NCBI RefSeq assembly: GCF_006345805.1
Contig: NC_043009.1
Coordinates: forward strand, 31,620,001 to 31,684,000
DNA from: Octopus sinensis
Taxonomy: Eukaryota
DNA length: 64,000 bases
Direction of reading: 5' to 3'
The position numbers and the translations under genes are program-made. Under the pieces are notes generated by a model. It ran no database searches. It was not told where the DNA came from and worked only from the letters and a program-made list of their open reading frames with translations. Positions 28,423 to 42,903 of the stretch are shown in pieces. Position 1 is the stretch's first letter, and every line of letters starts with the position of its first letter.

Positions 28423-28873
28423 GCACACATATGCACACACAGACTCACTAAAGTACTCACACTCACAGAGCAACTTTAACAAACTCTCTTTCCAAACACA
28501 CACACATACACACACCCAGGCACACACAAACACATGTACACATATACATATACATATGTGTGTGCTTGCATGTGTGTGTATGTATGCATATGTATTGAGG
28601 TAAATATACACACGTCTACAAATGCACACACATATGTTCACTGAAGTAATTATTAATCAAATAAAAAATCTCATCCAGATACACACACAAATACACACAT
28701 ACACAAATGTATACATAAACCCATATGCACATACATTTATATTAACACATATACACACACTTCTACATAGTCATAAAATCATACTAAAACATAAGCCTGT
28801 TCCATATGCTCCAGCTCAGGCTCAACCAGACTCATAAAAGTTCTCAGATAAAGATATATACAACTCATCAGTA

Positions 28874-28915
<42 letters not shown>

Positions 28916-29242
28916 TCATCATCATCATCATATATATATATATATCTGTATATATTATACACGTATATGTACATACATATATGCACATATATTTATATAC
29001 ACATACATAAACATATAAATATGCATATACACAGATTTACGCATGTATGTATATATGTATATGTATATATATGTTCATATGAATAGGTTGACATATATAC
29101 ATGCGTGTGTGTGTGTGTGTGTGTGTGTGAATATATATATACACACACAAGCATTCATAAATGCACATATATCTACATACACACTCACATGCATGCACAC
29201 TCGTGCATGTATACACATGTGTCTATATATACGTATGTATAT

Positions 29243-29288
<46 letters not shown>

Positions 29289-30047
29289 CTCAATTAAATA
29301 TACATGCATAATTGTATGCTAATATATATACATTTATACATACTGACATAAATATATACACACTCACTAAGTCAACTATACATGGCTACACACACATGGC
29401 AAAATATGCATTTACATACGTACGTACATACATACATTGTTGTAACACTCATCTGTTTTTTTACGTATACATATATACATATATATACATACATACATAC
29501 ATATATATATATATTGATAGATAGAGAGATATGCATACATATACACATACAAACATATACATACATATATATGTATATATACATACCTACATGCGCACAC
29601 ACAAAAACACACACACATAGCTGTCACACATACACAATTACATGTGCCCATACAACTGTACACTTCCATATGCATATTCATATTTACTCATATATATATA
29701 TATCCACATAGTAATACACAGACGATTACACACACACGTAGAACAGCATAAGCCCCACACCGGCTACCATGAATATATTCAATGCTACACACATGCTGTA
29801 TGTTTACAAATGGATGTGTTGTATACACATATGAAGTGCATTTGTTTTCGCATTGCAATTCAATCAATGTTAATGTTGGCATTATTATCATTACTGCATT
29901 ACATTATATTAGCAAAGGCTCAAGGGATAACATTGGCATTTGTAGGAGATAGCACATATATATATATTTAATAATATTTAGATGTACATTCGCATGTATA
30001 CATACATATATATATATATTTATATTTACATAACTATACATGTACTT

Positions 30048-30103
<56 letters not shown>

Positions 30104-30310
30104 ATGTATATATACATATATTAATATTTATATTTATATAACTATACACGTACTTATATATATTTAAATATATATGAATATATACATACATATGTATATG
30201 TATTTATATATATATCTATATCTATCTAGATACATTTATACATGTATATATATTTGTGCATTTATATTTAGAAAGAGATATCTAGTTATATGTGTATACA
30301 TGTATATATG

Positions 30311-30347
<37 letters not shown>

Positions 30348-30803
30348 ATCTGTGTGTGTGTGTGTCTCTGTGTGTGTATAATTTATGCAGTATGGTTGTT
30401 CCTACATACTTAGCCTAAATAAATGCGTTGAACACATTCACATGCACACACACACACACACATACACACACACACGCATGCATGTATATTCACACACATA
30501 TTCGTTTTCAGAAAACCGGAGGAAATACAAGAACGATGATGACGACGATGATGATGATGATGATGGTGATGGTGGTGATGATGATGATGATGATGACGAC
30601 CACGATGACGACGACACGGAGTAGGAGGAGGAGAAGTAGAAACATGAAACACATGCATAGATAGAATGACAAATACTCCAACAACACAATTATACTCACC
30701 AATATATACTTATGTATATACAATCAGAAGTGTATGTATATATGCAACTCTAAATATGTACAGCAGTGCATGTATACATACATACATACACACACACACA
30801 CAG

Positions 30804-30871
<68 letters not shown>

Positions 30872-31100
30872 ATGTGTGTGTGTGTGTATAATACATATAT
30901 ATATGCATATATATTTATCTATGTATATACACAGACACACACATATATGCACGCATACTCACATTGAAACTAATGCACAGAGAGACACATGTGATCACAC
31001 TCAAATATATATGCACACAATCACAGGAGCTTGTAAACATACACATGCAAATACATACACTTACACACACACACATGCAGTCACACACCTATACACATAT
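27805..31100. repeat. Large compound (TA)/(CA)/(TG)/(GAT) microsatellite field
   Basis: Nearly continuous degenerate dinucleotide repeats. Similar fields lie at 7260-7970, 20560-21170, 52340-53380 and 59690-60520. Confidence 0.9.
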
Positions 31101-31566
31101 GGACATGCTGCAAGCAGGCAAGACTCAGCGTAATTGCCGTGTGTAGTATCGAAATGTGGTGCTGATACCGTTTTATAGACAGTTGCTGGTATAGACAGTT
31201 CTAGAGATAATGGTAGTTAGTGGAAGCAAATGGAATGGTCCCATGGAGTAGGGCAGGAAGAAGAGAAGGTAGGCGATGTAAATGAGATGGAAGGATGTAA
31301 GAGAGTGGAGGTGGGAGGAATGGGAAAATGCAGAGAAACAAGGAAAGAAAATAGTGAGAGGGAAAAGGGAACGGTGGGAATAGTGAATTAGCATGGTGTG
31401 CAATGGGAGCTTTTGGGAACATTGCAAGACAGGTTCAAGAATGGAATTGTAGATGTGATTATGTAGCTATTTCAATACACACAAGATAATATAGACACGC
31501 ATACATATATGCATACATACAGACATACATATATTCATTCATACACACATGAATACATACATGCAT

Positions 31567-31885
31567 ATGGCATGTAAAAAAAGTACCGCCCGAATGTGGC
31601 TGGTGCTAGCGCTGCCTTGACTGGCTCCCATGCTGGTGGCATGTAAAATGCACCAATCTGATTGTGGCCGTTGCCAGCCTCGCCTGGCACCTGTGCCGGT
31701 GGGATGTAAAAAGCACCCACTACACTCTTGGAGTGGTTGGCATTAGAAAGGGCATCCAGCTGTAGAAACATTGCCAGATCAAACCTGAGCCTGGTGCAGC
31801 CTCCTAGCTTCCCAGACCCCAGTTGAACCGTCCATGCCAGCATGATGATAATGATGATAATGATGATAATGATGATGATGATGAT
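31567..31885 (+). mobile_element. RTE 3' UTR copy
   Basis: Reverse complement of 55657-55980; ends in (GAT)n. Confidence 0.8.
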
Positions 31886-31906
31886 ATATGCATATATATG
31901 TACGTA

Positions 31907-32295
31907 TGGCATGGCTGAGTGGTAAGAAGCTTGCTTTCCAACCTCATGGTTACAGGTTCAGTCCCACTATGTGACACTTTGAGCAAGTGTCTCCTGGCTA
32001 TAGCCTTGGGCCAACCAAAGCCTTGTGAGTGGATTTGGTAGAGGGAAACTGAAAATAGGCAGTCATGAGTGTGTGTGTGTGTCTTTCTATCTATGTTTGT
32101 CCACCACCACTACTTGACAACCGATGTTGGTGTATTCATATCCTTGCTACTAGTGGTTTGGCAACAAAACCAATAGAATAAGTACCAAATAATAACCAGT
32201 CCTGAGATTGATTTGGTTGACTAAAACCCCTTCAAGGTGGTGCCCCAGCATGACCGTAATCAAATGACTGACACAAGTAAAAGAAAAGATAAAAT
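31907..32295 (+). mobile_element. tRNA-derived SINE, family of 34385
   Basis: ggcatggctgagtggtaagaagcttgct..ggttcagtcccact..caagtgtct..; tail ccccagcatgacc..aaatgactga..caagtaaaag. Confidence 0.8.
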
Positions 32296-32361
32296 ATCTA
32301 GCGCGGAAAACTGACGTTAAACGATGATGATGATGATGATGATGATTATATAGATATATAT

Positions 32362-32645
32362 AAAATCAAAATGAGTAACATGATGTAAAGTATTACAACA
32401 ATACTACTATTTCAAGTGGCTCCATTTAATTGAACAATCCTTTTATCAATTTAAATATAGTGCTATCTTCAGCTGCACATATAAATAAATGGAATTTTAA
32501 CAAGTCGGACACATTAATATAATTTTTCTTAAATATTTTAACAGTGTAAGAAGATGGAAGAAATTCATGCTGTTGCTATTATAGCTAGGAAGAGACTACA
32601 ACTTCTAAGAATCGCACGAAGCCTCGAGGGGTCATAGTGTTGTAT
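32362..32645 (-). mobile_element. Left arm of PLE-type inverted terminal pair (HHR at 32398-32478)
   Basis: Diverged reverse complement of 34770-35045. Minus: GTGCAG-CTGAAGA-[long]-GAAATAGTAGTA. Confidence 0.7.
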
Positions 32646-32841
32646 GGTATTGTAATTCATTTCCAATTCATTTATCTCTTTATCAACTACTAAATCTGAT
32701 TCTAGAAGATTGTGTCTATTTTGAATATAGGACAAGAGTGGGTTGACAGCTCATAGCTTGGGGTATGGCCATAAATATTATCATATGTATCCTTTTTTTC
32801 AGGGAGTAAATAAGACATTGGGAGTAGTCAGTTGGATATAA

Positions 32842-32912
<71 letters not shown>

Positions 32913-33059
32913 TATGTATGTATGTATGTATATGTATATATATAGACAGACAGATAGATAGATACTCACATAAATACATATAGACACATGCACATGTATG
33001 ATGCATACATGCTCTTATGTATGTGTGTATATATATATATACATACATACATACATACA

Positions 33060-33089
<30 letters not shown>

Positions 33090-33094
<5 letters not shown>

Positions 33095-34321
33095 GGTGCA
33101 TCAATTTTTGAGAGCACCTCTTTCAAGAGCTCTAACTTTCTTCTAATTTATTTTTTTACTTTCCTTTCAGATAAATAATGCCAGACATCAGGTTGATTCA
33201 GCAAATGAAAGAGCATTGCTGTAACTGTTGCATTAAATGTGCAATGTAGTGCAATTAACTGTGCATTAAATGTGCAATGATACAGAGTTAGTTCACTTCC
33301 TGACAATTGTCTGATCCTCCGTTATCAAAGTCCAAAAAGAGCTCGAAGCTGCTGATAGGTATCCAACATCAGCAACTAAATACAAAATGCACGCACAGGG
33401 ATCTTGTACCATCAGAACGCAACTTTTTGCAAAATGTCTGAGAAATAATCAATAAAATCACTAGAAAGTCTATCGGACCATTGCAAAGAACTTCAGAAGT
33501 GTTGTGCACAAAGACATGCAGTGCAAGTTGTATGTGATGTTGAGAGGTCAGTTAATGTTGGATGGGCTAAAAGGGAATCGTTTGATCCGTGCAAAGCACT
33601 TGTTAAACAAGTTAAAACAGCAAGAAGCTGAATGCTTCAGTTTTTCTTTGATGAGAAAATATTTAGAACCAAAAGGTAAACCAATGGAACAACAGATAGT
33701 TATGTAGATATCTGAATGAGGTTTCAACAATCGTGCATACTAATTTCCTAGCAACTGCGATGTCCCTGGCAATTACCAGCAATGAGGGAGGTGCCTCTTC
33801 ACTTTTTCACAGGGCTTAAGAGTCAATGCCACCGTCTTCACAGAGGCATTGGAGAAAATTGTGTGACCCTAGAAAGAAAGAATAGGCAATGGAAGGCTGT
33901 ACATGTTCCAACTTCATTGTGTGTCATGTCATTATGACAAGTGAGGATGCATGCCAATCTCCATGATCCTGTTCTCTCAGATACATGGCCCCACAAGCTC
34001 AATCTGTTAGATTATTACATAAGAGGTATAGTAAAGAGAGAGAGAGAGATGTCAATGAACGCTCCCAATGCACCATACAATCTCTCAAGTCCACCATAAC
34101 CAGTACTGTGTTCAAAATAGATAAAGAGCATCTGATTTGGGCATGTCAACACTTCCGACCCTATTCTGAAGCAGCCGTTGATGCTAATGGTGGATCCATT
34201 GAATAGATGCGATGAAAGGTTTCTTAGTTTGCACCAATTGGTTTTCCAATACAGCTTGTCTTTGATGAGCTATTCACCTTTTTCTAAATTTGTACAAATG
34301 ATCTCAAAAATCTTACATACT

Positions 34322-34325
<4 letters not shown>
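33090..34325 (+). mobile_element. Decayed Tc1/mariner transposon (maT/DD37D-like)
   Basis: Fragments RLIRAKHLLNKLK, FFFDEK, GLRVNA, NLLDY, ERDVNERSQCTIQSLKSTI...ACQHFRPYSEAAVDANGGSIE*. Degenerate TIRs (tttttgaga / tctcaaaaa) in TA context. Confidence 0.8.
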
Positions 34326-34378
<53 letters not shown>

Positions 34379-34384
34379 ATATAT

Positions 34385-34767
34385 ACGCAGGAGTGGCTGT
34401 GTGGTAAGTAGCTTGCTAACCAACCACATGGTTCCGGGTTCAGTCCCACTGTGTGGCATCTTGGGCAAGTGTCTTCTGCTATAGCCCCAGGCCAACCAAT
34501 GCCTTGTGAGTGGATTTGGTAGACGGAAACTGAAAGAAGCCTGTCGTATATATATATATAAATATGTGTGTGTGTGTTTGTGTGTCTGTGTTTGTCCCCC
34601 TAGCATTGCTTGACAACCGATGTTGGTGTGTTTACGTCCCCGTCACATCGGTTCGGCAAAAAAAACCGATCGAATAAGTACTGGGCTTACAAAAAAATAA
34701 GTCCCGGGGTCGAGTTGCTCCAGCATGGCCACAGTCAAATGACTGAAACAAGTAAAAGAGTAAAGAG
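34385..34767 (+). mobile_element. Near full-length tRNA-derived SINE with internal (TA)/(TG) tract
   Basis: A-box tggctgtgtgg, B-box gggttcagtccc, CORE-like cttgggcaagtgtctt, tail gactgaaacaagtaaaagagtaaagag. Confidence 0.85.
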
Positions 34768-34929
34768 TATACAATCTATGACTACAGTGAGCTTCATGCC
34801 TTTCTCGGGATTGTAGTCTATTTTTAGTTATAATAGCAGCAACATGAATTTCTTCCATCCTCTTGCACTGTTAAAGTATTTGAGGAAAATCATATTAATG
34901 GGTCCAACTAAATAAAATGCTATTTATTT

Positions 34930-35016
34930 GTGCAGCTGATGATAGCCCTGCATTTGAATTGATGTAAAGATTGCATTGTTCAATTAAATGGAACCACTTG
35001 AAAAGTTGTACTGCAT
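34930..35016 (+). ncRNA. Hammerhead with long stem-II region (right arm 34770-35045)
   Basis: GTGCAG-CTGATGA-[57 nt]-GAAA-AGTT-GTA-CTGCAT. Stem I is 6 bp. Confidence 0.65.
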
Positions 35017-35042
35017 CACTTGATATCCTGTTGCTTATTTTG

Positions 35043-35081
<39 letters not shown>

Positions 35082-35143
35082 ATTATTATTATTATTAATT
35101 AACTGTAGGAGGTGATTATTAATTAATTGTAGGCTTTTATTTG

Positions 35144-35188
35144 GTACAACATATATTTCGACCCATCAATCTGGGTCTCTTCAGGTAC
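35144..35188 (-). ncRNA. Canonical minimal type-I hammerhead
   Basis: GTAC-CTGAAGA-GACCCA-GATTGA-TGGGTC-GAAA-TATAT-GTT-GTAC. Confidence 0.85.
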
Positions 35189-35327
35189 ATTCATCAAGAA
35201 GTCTCACTAGAGATTTTTAGTGTTGGCTGGCTTGTAGTTATATGCCCATCAAGTTGAGCTCTATGCAACATTTAAACACACTAATCGACTTGTACTTATA
35301 TGTCCAACTATTTGTTATTATATAAAT

Positions 35328-35360
<33 letters not shown>

Positions 35361-35382
35361 ACAAATGATGGATAGGTGTCAA

Positions 35383-35467
35383 TTCATTACAGCTGTTTCT
35401 AACGAATTTTTTTATTGATTAATGAGTTCAGTATATCATTTCAAAAAGCCTGTTTTCTTCAGAGGAA
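35383..35467 (-). ncRNA. Hammerhead with long stem-II region, degraded
   Basis: TTCCT-CTGAAGA-AAAC..GTTA-GAAA-CAGCT-GTA-ATGAA. Palindromic stem III ACAGCTGT. Confidence 0.55.
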
Positions 35468-35486
35468 AACAGTATGAATACACACA

Positions 35487-35575
<89 letters not shown>

Positions 35576-35879
35576 ATATATGCCACATATGTTTGTAAAT
35601 ATATTTATACATTTGTGCGTAGTTATCTATATGTGTGCGAATGTGTGTGTGTGAGGTCACCAAGTAACTCACTAAACAAGACTCCTTGACTGAGTAGGGA
35701 GTGCATGGTTGAGTGAGTTGGCTTTCTGCCAGAGGTTCAGTGGTTAAAGTATGGTAAAGGGACAGAAAGAGGTGTCTTGTTAGTGCAGAGATGCATAGCT
35801 ACACTTGCAGGAAAGGGAGAAATGATCACGGAAACGAGATGTAAGCTACAAGTCATCTAAGAATCCATAAGAAAGTCAA

Positions 35880-36700
35880 AAATATACATTCATATATTTT
35901 TCAGTTGAGTGTGCGCTGGAAAGTTTATAGGATGACTATGAAGGATTGAAGCTAGAGCTGTTAAATCTTGGTTCCATAAATTTGAACCCTTCTTACTGCA
36001 TTGTTTCTTTCCAGATAAATGGGCATCTGGCTTCAGATGTGTCTTTCTGGGTAAACGGACATCTGGCTTCAAAGAAGACATCAACAGCAACTAATAGTGA
36101 TTTCTCTTGAAAATGGATAAAATTTGGCATCGTAGTGTTCAGTACCTTCAGAAAAAAGGGTCCAGCCCCCAAGTACATTCATGCTGATATGGTTGCTACA
36201 TAAGGGCTGATGCCGCAGCTTGGTCAACAGTGCAAAAGTGTTACACAGATTACTTTTCCTTCTTGGCACGAGGAAATGTTCCACATGAGCCTGATCCTCT
36301 CCCTAAAGATACTTTAGTTAGTAAATTGTCTGAGTAGAGGAGTTGGTGTAAAATAAGACCCTTCACGATTTTTAATAATAATTTGCAGGATGTTTAAGGA
36401 TCCATATTGCTTACTCGTCTCATGATTTCTGTGTTTAAATCTAGCGATGTCTCAGAAGTTGGTTATCATTAAGTTAGAGATAACAGTTATGTTTAATCCA
36501 ATCTCCATACACATTCCTATTATATCCTTATAAAGTCTGATTATAATGTGACCTTTTAGATTGTATGGGATTACTATGCCGTCATCTCTATACATTCCAG
36601 ACCTAACGGAGTGTATCAAAATAAAAAAAAAGCACACGCGAAGCAAATTCAACTCCATCTTAGCTCCTCATAAAACACCCAAAGAATTACCCTGCTTTAT
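35880..36700 (-). mobile_element. Penelope-like RT remnant
   Basis: GMYRDDG motif, then RLYKDII..GLNITVISNLMITNF*D (the xNFLD motif); thumb and linker remnants downstream. Confidence 0.8.
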
Positions 36701-36907
36701 ACACACACATTCACGTACACACACACATACACACACGCGCGCATGCACACACACATCCATGCATAATCTGAACGAACAATATAGATGTTTCACCAGGAGG
36801 TACCATTTATCTGCTTTGGTTTAGATTTGGAAACCTAACAGATCTATGAAAAATGTATTTTAGCATACACACGTAAGGACAGGGCAAATACAGAGGTATA
36901 TGCAGAC

Positions 36908-37092
36908 ATTTCGTCTGCCGCTATGTTCTGAGTTCAAATTCCGCCGAGGTCGACTTTACCTTTCATCCTTTCGGGGTCGATTAAATAAGTACCAGTTTCG
37001 CACTGGGGTCGATACAATCGACTTAATCCATTTGTCTGTCCTTGTTTGTCCTCTCTGTGTTTAGCTCCTTGTGGGTAGTAAAGAAATAGGTA
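36908..37092 (+). mobile_element. Young 5'-truncated Meta-domain-like SINE with flanking direct repeat
   Basis: gagttcaaattccgccgaggtcgacttt.cctttcatcctttcggggtcga; aggtatatgcagaca occurs at 36894-36908 and 37088-37102 (putative TSD). Confidence 0.85.
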
Positions 37093-38918
37093 TATGCAGA
37101 CAGACAAACCTGCAATGTAATATGTGTCCAGCAGATAAAAGGCACATTATATTTAAATGATTGACCCTGTTTTGGCAACTTCAACATTTTTCGTTGCCAG
37201 TACACTGCTTCTTTGATGACCATTTTTCTATCACGTTTTTAGTGTGACTTCTCTTGAGGTTACACGTTGAGTGACTGGCCTTTCTTCTAACGGTCATCCT
37301 TTCACTGCCATAATGCCCCACTTCTGTAAAAAAATGTCTCTCATCAAACAACCGTTTCATATAACCATTTCTCTTTTTGTTTCAAAGACAAAATATGATG
37401 TAAAACTTTTATTGATGGTTTTATGGTTCTTTTGGTAGTTTTTCCTTAGATTTCTTTTTGCCTTTTCTTTTGCAACTCCCGACGAAGCGAATGCATGAAT
37501 CACGCATTATTGCTGGCTGATTGCCGCCTTGCTGGGAGTGACTTTCTAAGAAACAAGTGCTGCTTACCTTTTGGGACTACTGTCAAACGCAAACATACAC
37601 AGACACACATATACATACATGCACAGTCATACAAATGCATTTAACCATACATGTATGTATGCATGTATATACGTGCATGTGTTTATGAACATTTTTGCGT
37701 ACGGATATAGAAACACGCAGAATACACACACGTACGTACATATATCCGTGGGTGGGATATTATGTGTATTCACGCATACACATGCACACACACAGAGGCG
37801 TAAGTATGTATAAGTCTATGTTATTGCTGATTTATTGAGGCATACATTTTCACATAAACGAATGTATATATAATATATATAGTCAATAAATATACGCACA
37901 GAAAGAATGAAAGTGTGATAGTTAAGGTGGAAGATGTATTTGGTTGAGTGTTGTTAGCGTAGGATGGCATTAAAATGTTTCTAAAGAATACGAAATGGAC
38001 TTTTTTTCAATGGTACCGTTGACGAGAAGGATGTCAAAGATGACGTAAATCAGAGAGGTATTTGGTGAGCTGAAGAATAGAAGAATAAATGGGAGACGAG
38101 GATAAAGCTAGAGAATTGGTAAGTGTTTGCGTATGGATGAGAGAAAGAGAGAGAGAGATAATGTGTGTGTATTGGGTATGGAACTAGAATGGTGTAGTGG
38201 ATGATGATGTGAGCGAATTTTACTGTAAATACAGATTATAGAATATAGAGAAGTCGGCATTATATATTGGGAAAAGGGGAAAAAATAAAATAGATAATGG
38301 ATTGTTGTGCTGGCTTTTGTAAGAAGAAAGACAGAGAAATGATGGATGAAGTGTTATTGGGAGAGAAGCGACGGTGTAGTTGGGTTGTTGGCAGAGCAGT
38401 GTCAACGAAGTCTAAGTGATGAAGCGGCCGTGTTGAAAAACAGAAAACATATTGAATTCAAACAGTTGCAGATATTGAGCCAAATGTTTATCTTCATGAA
38501 TTTTTATTTGCTGCTAACACTTTCAGAAGGGTTGGAATTGTACGAATACAGTGCCAATTTCAAAGTGGATTCTAAACCTACAGGTCACAGAGAATCGTCC
38601 ATCATAGTTACTTTTTATCCGTTTCCCTCATTAAAGATTTATATATATAAAAAATATAACTAAAACAGCAAAAAATCGCATATTTGGCAGGGAAAGAGAA
38701 ACTGAAAATTGTTATTTATCTGCTTGTCTCAAACTCGACATGCTTCATGTAAAAAGAATACAAAATAAACCAATAAAACCCTTACTATTTTATCTGCATA
38801 AAGTGGGCATATATATATATATATATATACATACACACATACGCATACATACATACACTCACATATGCACTATCTTCAAGATAGCATGTTAGTACCAGTA
38901 TATCTATCTATCAATTTA

Positions 38919-38966
<48 letters not shown>

Positions 38967-39149
38967 AATGTATATATATATGCATATATATGTATATATA
39001 TGTATAAGTATATATATGTATATATGTGTGTGTGTGTATATATATATAAATTGATAGACAAACAGACAGACAGACAGACAGATAGATAGATAGATATTTG
39101 TGTCAGTACAGTAAACACGTACATATATGTTTTTGCTGTTGCCACACAA

Positions 39150-40000
39150 CACATATGTGTTGTGTGGTTGATCCAAATGCTAGGACAGACAATCTCCCTC
39201 AAATCGCGATGCATGCACTCATAATATATGAAGGACAGATTGGAGTATGTAATCCCTAATATGAAAAAAACAAGGATAATAATGGGTGGATCGTAATTTA
39301 TTCTTAGGACCATTCAATCAAGCCTAGCAATTTGAGTATGAATGGTTATTTGAGGGAAATTGACTGTTCTGGGATTTGGATCGACCAAAACACTGTTGAT
39401 CCCACTTGTTGAGACCGTAACTCCAAAATTTGCAAATGTTGAATGTAAGACTTTAAACAATTTCGGTGGAAACAATTAAATGAAGATTTAGAACTGTGTA
39501 TATAACTGAGGCGGGAACAAAAGCACTTGTTTTGTTTACTCACACGAATAGGTCCGTCTTGATTGTACAGAATCTGCATCACACATGTTGCTGATTGCTA
39601 TCTAAATTTTAGAAAGGAAATTTTGCACCAGATGTATCCATCAAGAGAAGTTTACCTTATCCAACTGGAAAACAACTCCTACACCAGCCTGATTATTCCA
39701 CAATTCACCAGGTTTGCTGAAGAAATTTTACTTTGTTTCCCCATTATCTAAGAAACTCTCTCCATTTGCACACTGAATCTATCCAATGCTCTGTTGCAAT
39801 GCACATATCAACATTCTGGTAAACTACCACCATCACTAGCGAGCTTAAAAAATACCTTCAAATCGAGCATAACAAGAAAATCTTAGCAGCATATAGCACT
39901 ATATCTAGGCATCCAAACCAACCACTATAACGCATGCGCCAATGCTAAAGTTACACACATGTAAATTCCATATTACATAGTATATTTACAAAAGAATTGT
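39150..40000 (-). mobile_element. Strongly decayed PLE-like Cys-linker/GIY-YIG remnant
   Basis: Minus fragments GPIRVSKQNKCFCSRLSYI and [20 protein letters not shown] resemble CxxC..YIGxTxxxLxxRxxEH. An opposite-strand HHR lies just upstream. Confidence 0.4.
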
Positions 40001-40176
40001 TTTCCCAAGAAATTTTTCTTTAAGATTTTCTTTAAACTGGATGCTCTAACAGGTGCAACTTACATTTAGATATTGCTGAGTTACCATCCCTTCCAGGTAA
40101 AATAATTCTCTCTCAACGTTTTTTTAATTTTATTTTCTTACAAAATCTCATACTGTGGAGAGTCATTTTTGAGATC

Positions 40177-40268
40177 AGACCTGATGAATGCTAGAAAGTG
40201 TTGCAACGGTTTGAGCTGAGCTTAGCCAGACAACTTTCTCATAACATGAAACTTAAATTAATTTGTCT
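40177..40268 (+). ncRNA. Hammerhead with extended stem II
   Basis: AGAC-CTGATGA-ATGCTA-GAAAGT..ACTTTC-TCA-TAACAT-GAAA-..-GTCT. Stem III degraded. Confidence 0.55.
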
Positions 40269-41005
40269 CAAGGAAAACACTATATGTAAAATATTCATAA
40301 CTCTCAAATATACTGAGTGTTTTATTTTGCTCAACCAATCAACAGACAGTTCGATATATGCGTGTATGTCTATATACAAATAAAGAGGAATGTTTTTGAT
40401 TGAAAAACAATTTGATATATTTGTGGAGTCTAATGTTTATTATATATTCTTGATTGGCACCCAGAAAGTACAACCGATGGTGGTTTATTCAAGCTGTAAG
40501 ATAAAGCCCAGCAATCTGGCTTGAATATTTGGACCTACTGTTAAGATCTGCTTGAGATGGTCCTAGAATAAGGGTGGTTAACGATCGAGAAAGATGGTGG
40601 TAAAAACGAATAGTGTAGAAAGGGTTGGCTTGGGGCCAAAACCAAAGTTGGGTGGCTATGGGAGATGTAGGAGGGATGTTAGAGGTCCCTAAAGTAAAGT
40701 GTAGAATAATGCAGTAATTCATATATTTAAGTCGCATTACCAGCCAACACCTCAAATTTTAAATAAGCGGACATTACTGAAATACATAGATACATACATA
40801 CGTGTGCGTGCATGTATATGTATGTGCGTGCACACGTCTGTATGTGTGTGTGTGCGTGTGTACGCGCGTGCATGTGTATGTGTTCATACATTAGAAAGGC
40901 CTTCATTTAATGTAATGTATTGAACAGGGAATAAAAATTGGGTGCTTAATATCATTGATTAACTACAGAGCAGATATACACACACTCTCACAAATATACT
41001 CACAC

Positions 41006-41045
<40 letters not shown>

Positions 41046-42823
41046 TCTAACTCTGTGTCTCTTTCTCTCTATTTCTCTGTGTCTGTCTTTCTGTCTCTCT
41101 CTCTCTCTCACACACACACAGATACACACACACATACATAAATAACTATTTGCAAACGCATTTTAGTTCCTATCTGTGTTTATACGTAAACTGTAAAATA
41201 GGTACATTTCTCTCTCTGTCTCTCTGACTCCATTTCTCTCCCACTCTCCCACTCTTTATCTGCTATCAACATATCTATATCTTTATGCGTAATCGTTTAC
41301 TCACACACACACAGATTTATATATATAACAATATCTAAATAAATACGTATTGTGTGTGTATGTTTGTATGCAAAGTATTGAAGTGTGTGTGAGTGTATAT
41401 ATATATAAAAAGTATCTGTGTGTGTGTACACACACTCATAAGTATACATGTATCTACATCCTATATACAAACATGCATGCACAAAAACATATTTACACAC
41501 GTAGACACAGGTATACGCTTACGTATCCTCCATATAACAGCGAGTAAGTGTAATCAATGAAAATATTCCCCATTTCACATAAAGAAAATATCGTGATATT
41601 GTGTTATCATGTCTTGGAAGAAATTAAAAGCTCTGACATATTTAATCCCACTAAACTGAAGCATCTTTGCAGATAGCACTCAGAGGATATCACACCAGAA
41701 TTCCCACAAGAATATTATTACATTTCACTATCTTCGGATTAGAAGGAAAAACCTCTTTTAACTGACCAAATAAAACGATGGTCGGTTTGCTAGCTTCCAC
41801 TTAATGTCTCGGTGGTATTAAGAAGTTTGAATCTCTTCAATACGTTAGATATTATCAGCATATCAAGTGGTCTTTAGCTTTGAAGACTAACATCTGAACT
41901 CTCTTCTGAAGTCAGAATTTTGTTCCTCTGGTATTTGTGTGTTGTGTGAACCTTTGCTAAAATCACCTGCGTATGGTCTTCATTTTCATCCAGCGGAGAA
42001 GAAATGGTGGGGCAGAAAATCTTTATTTATAGAACTTGCTAATATATAATGTGCTGCAAGTTATTTATCGAATATTTAGCTTGACTGAGATTAAGAATTT
42101 CATCTAGATCGAAATGTGTTCTCCAAAGAATTGGATTATTGATTGTGGAAAGTATATCAAGACTTGGAATATCTGTAGTTTAAACATGACGTTCTTCCCC
42201 CAAACGTTTTAAATTCAAAGTTTATTTAAAACAAACTACTGAAGACGTGTGTATATGTGTGTATTTATTATACACACACTCACATACACATTACACACAA
42301 ACACAAACAAATACACACACAAACACACATATAAAGCATTAAATAAATACAGATGTGTATCTTCGTTATATTTGTAACTGATGATTTCACATTGCTTTCA
42401 AAATATTCACTAAAAAGTAAGTAAACGTATTAAATCTTGTATTCTTTGATATATGAGATTTGTTAGAATTAGTCATAATGGAAATAGTGAAAAAAAATAA
42501 TCGTCTGAACTTCATGTTTTCTTTGTAAACACAACGTTTCAAATAGTTTGGTCTTTATTTAAAATGAAGAACATATATGTCATGGTTTGTTATATGGTGT
42601 GCATCATTAGCAACTAATATCAAGAAAGAGACTGGGCTGCTTTGGTCGTGTAGTGGGAAGACTAAAAACTATTTAGTGTTGGCATTCTGCCCACGATTCA
42701 GAAACCCGAGACCATGTGGTAGAATACTCAAGAGGTAGAGCTGTCAGGGCATGTGGTGTGGAAGGGTTATTACTTCAAAGAAGAAAAGAAGCAAAGAATT
42801 TGCTCAAACACTTGACTCAGATG

Positions 42824-42903
<80 letters not shown>

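Noticed and set aside
38346-38663. 105-aa ORF in unique sequence
   Set aside because: No recognisable domain or splice support; the length is compatible with chance.
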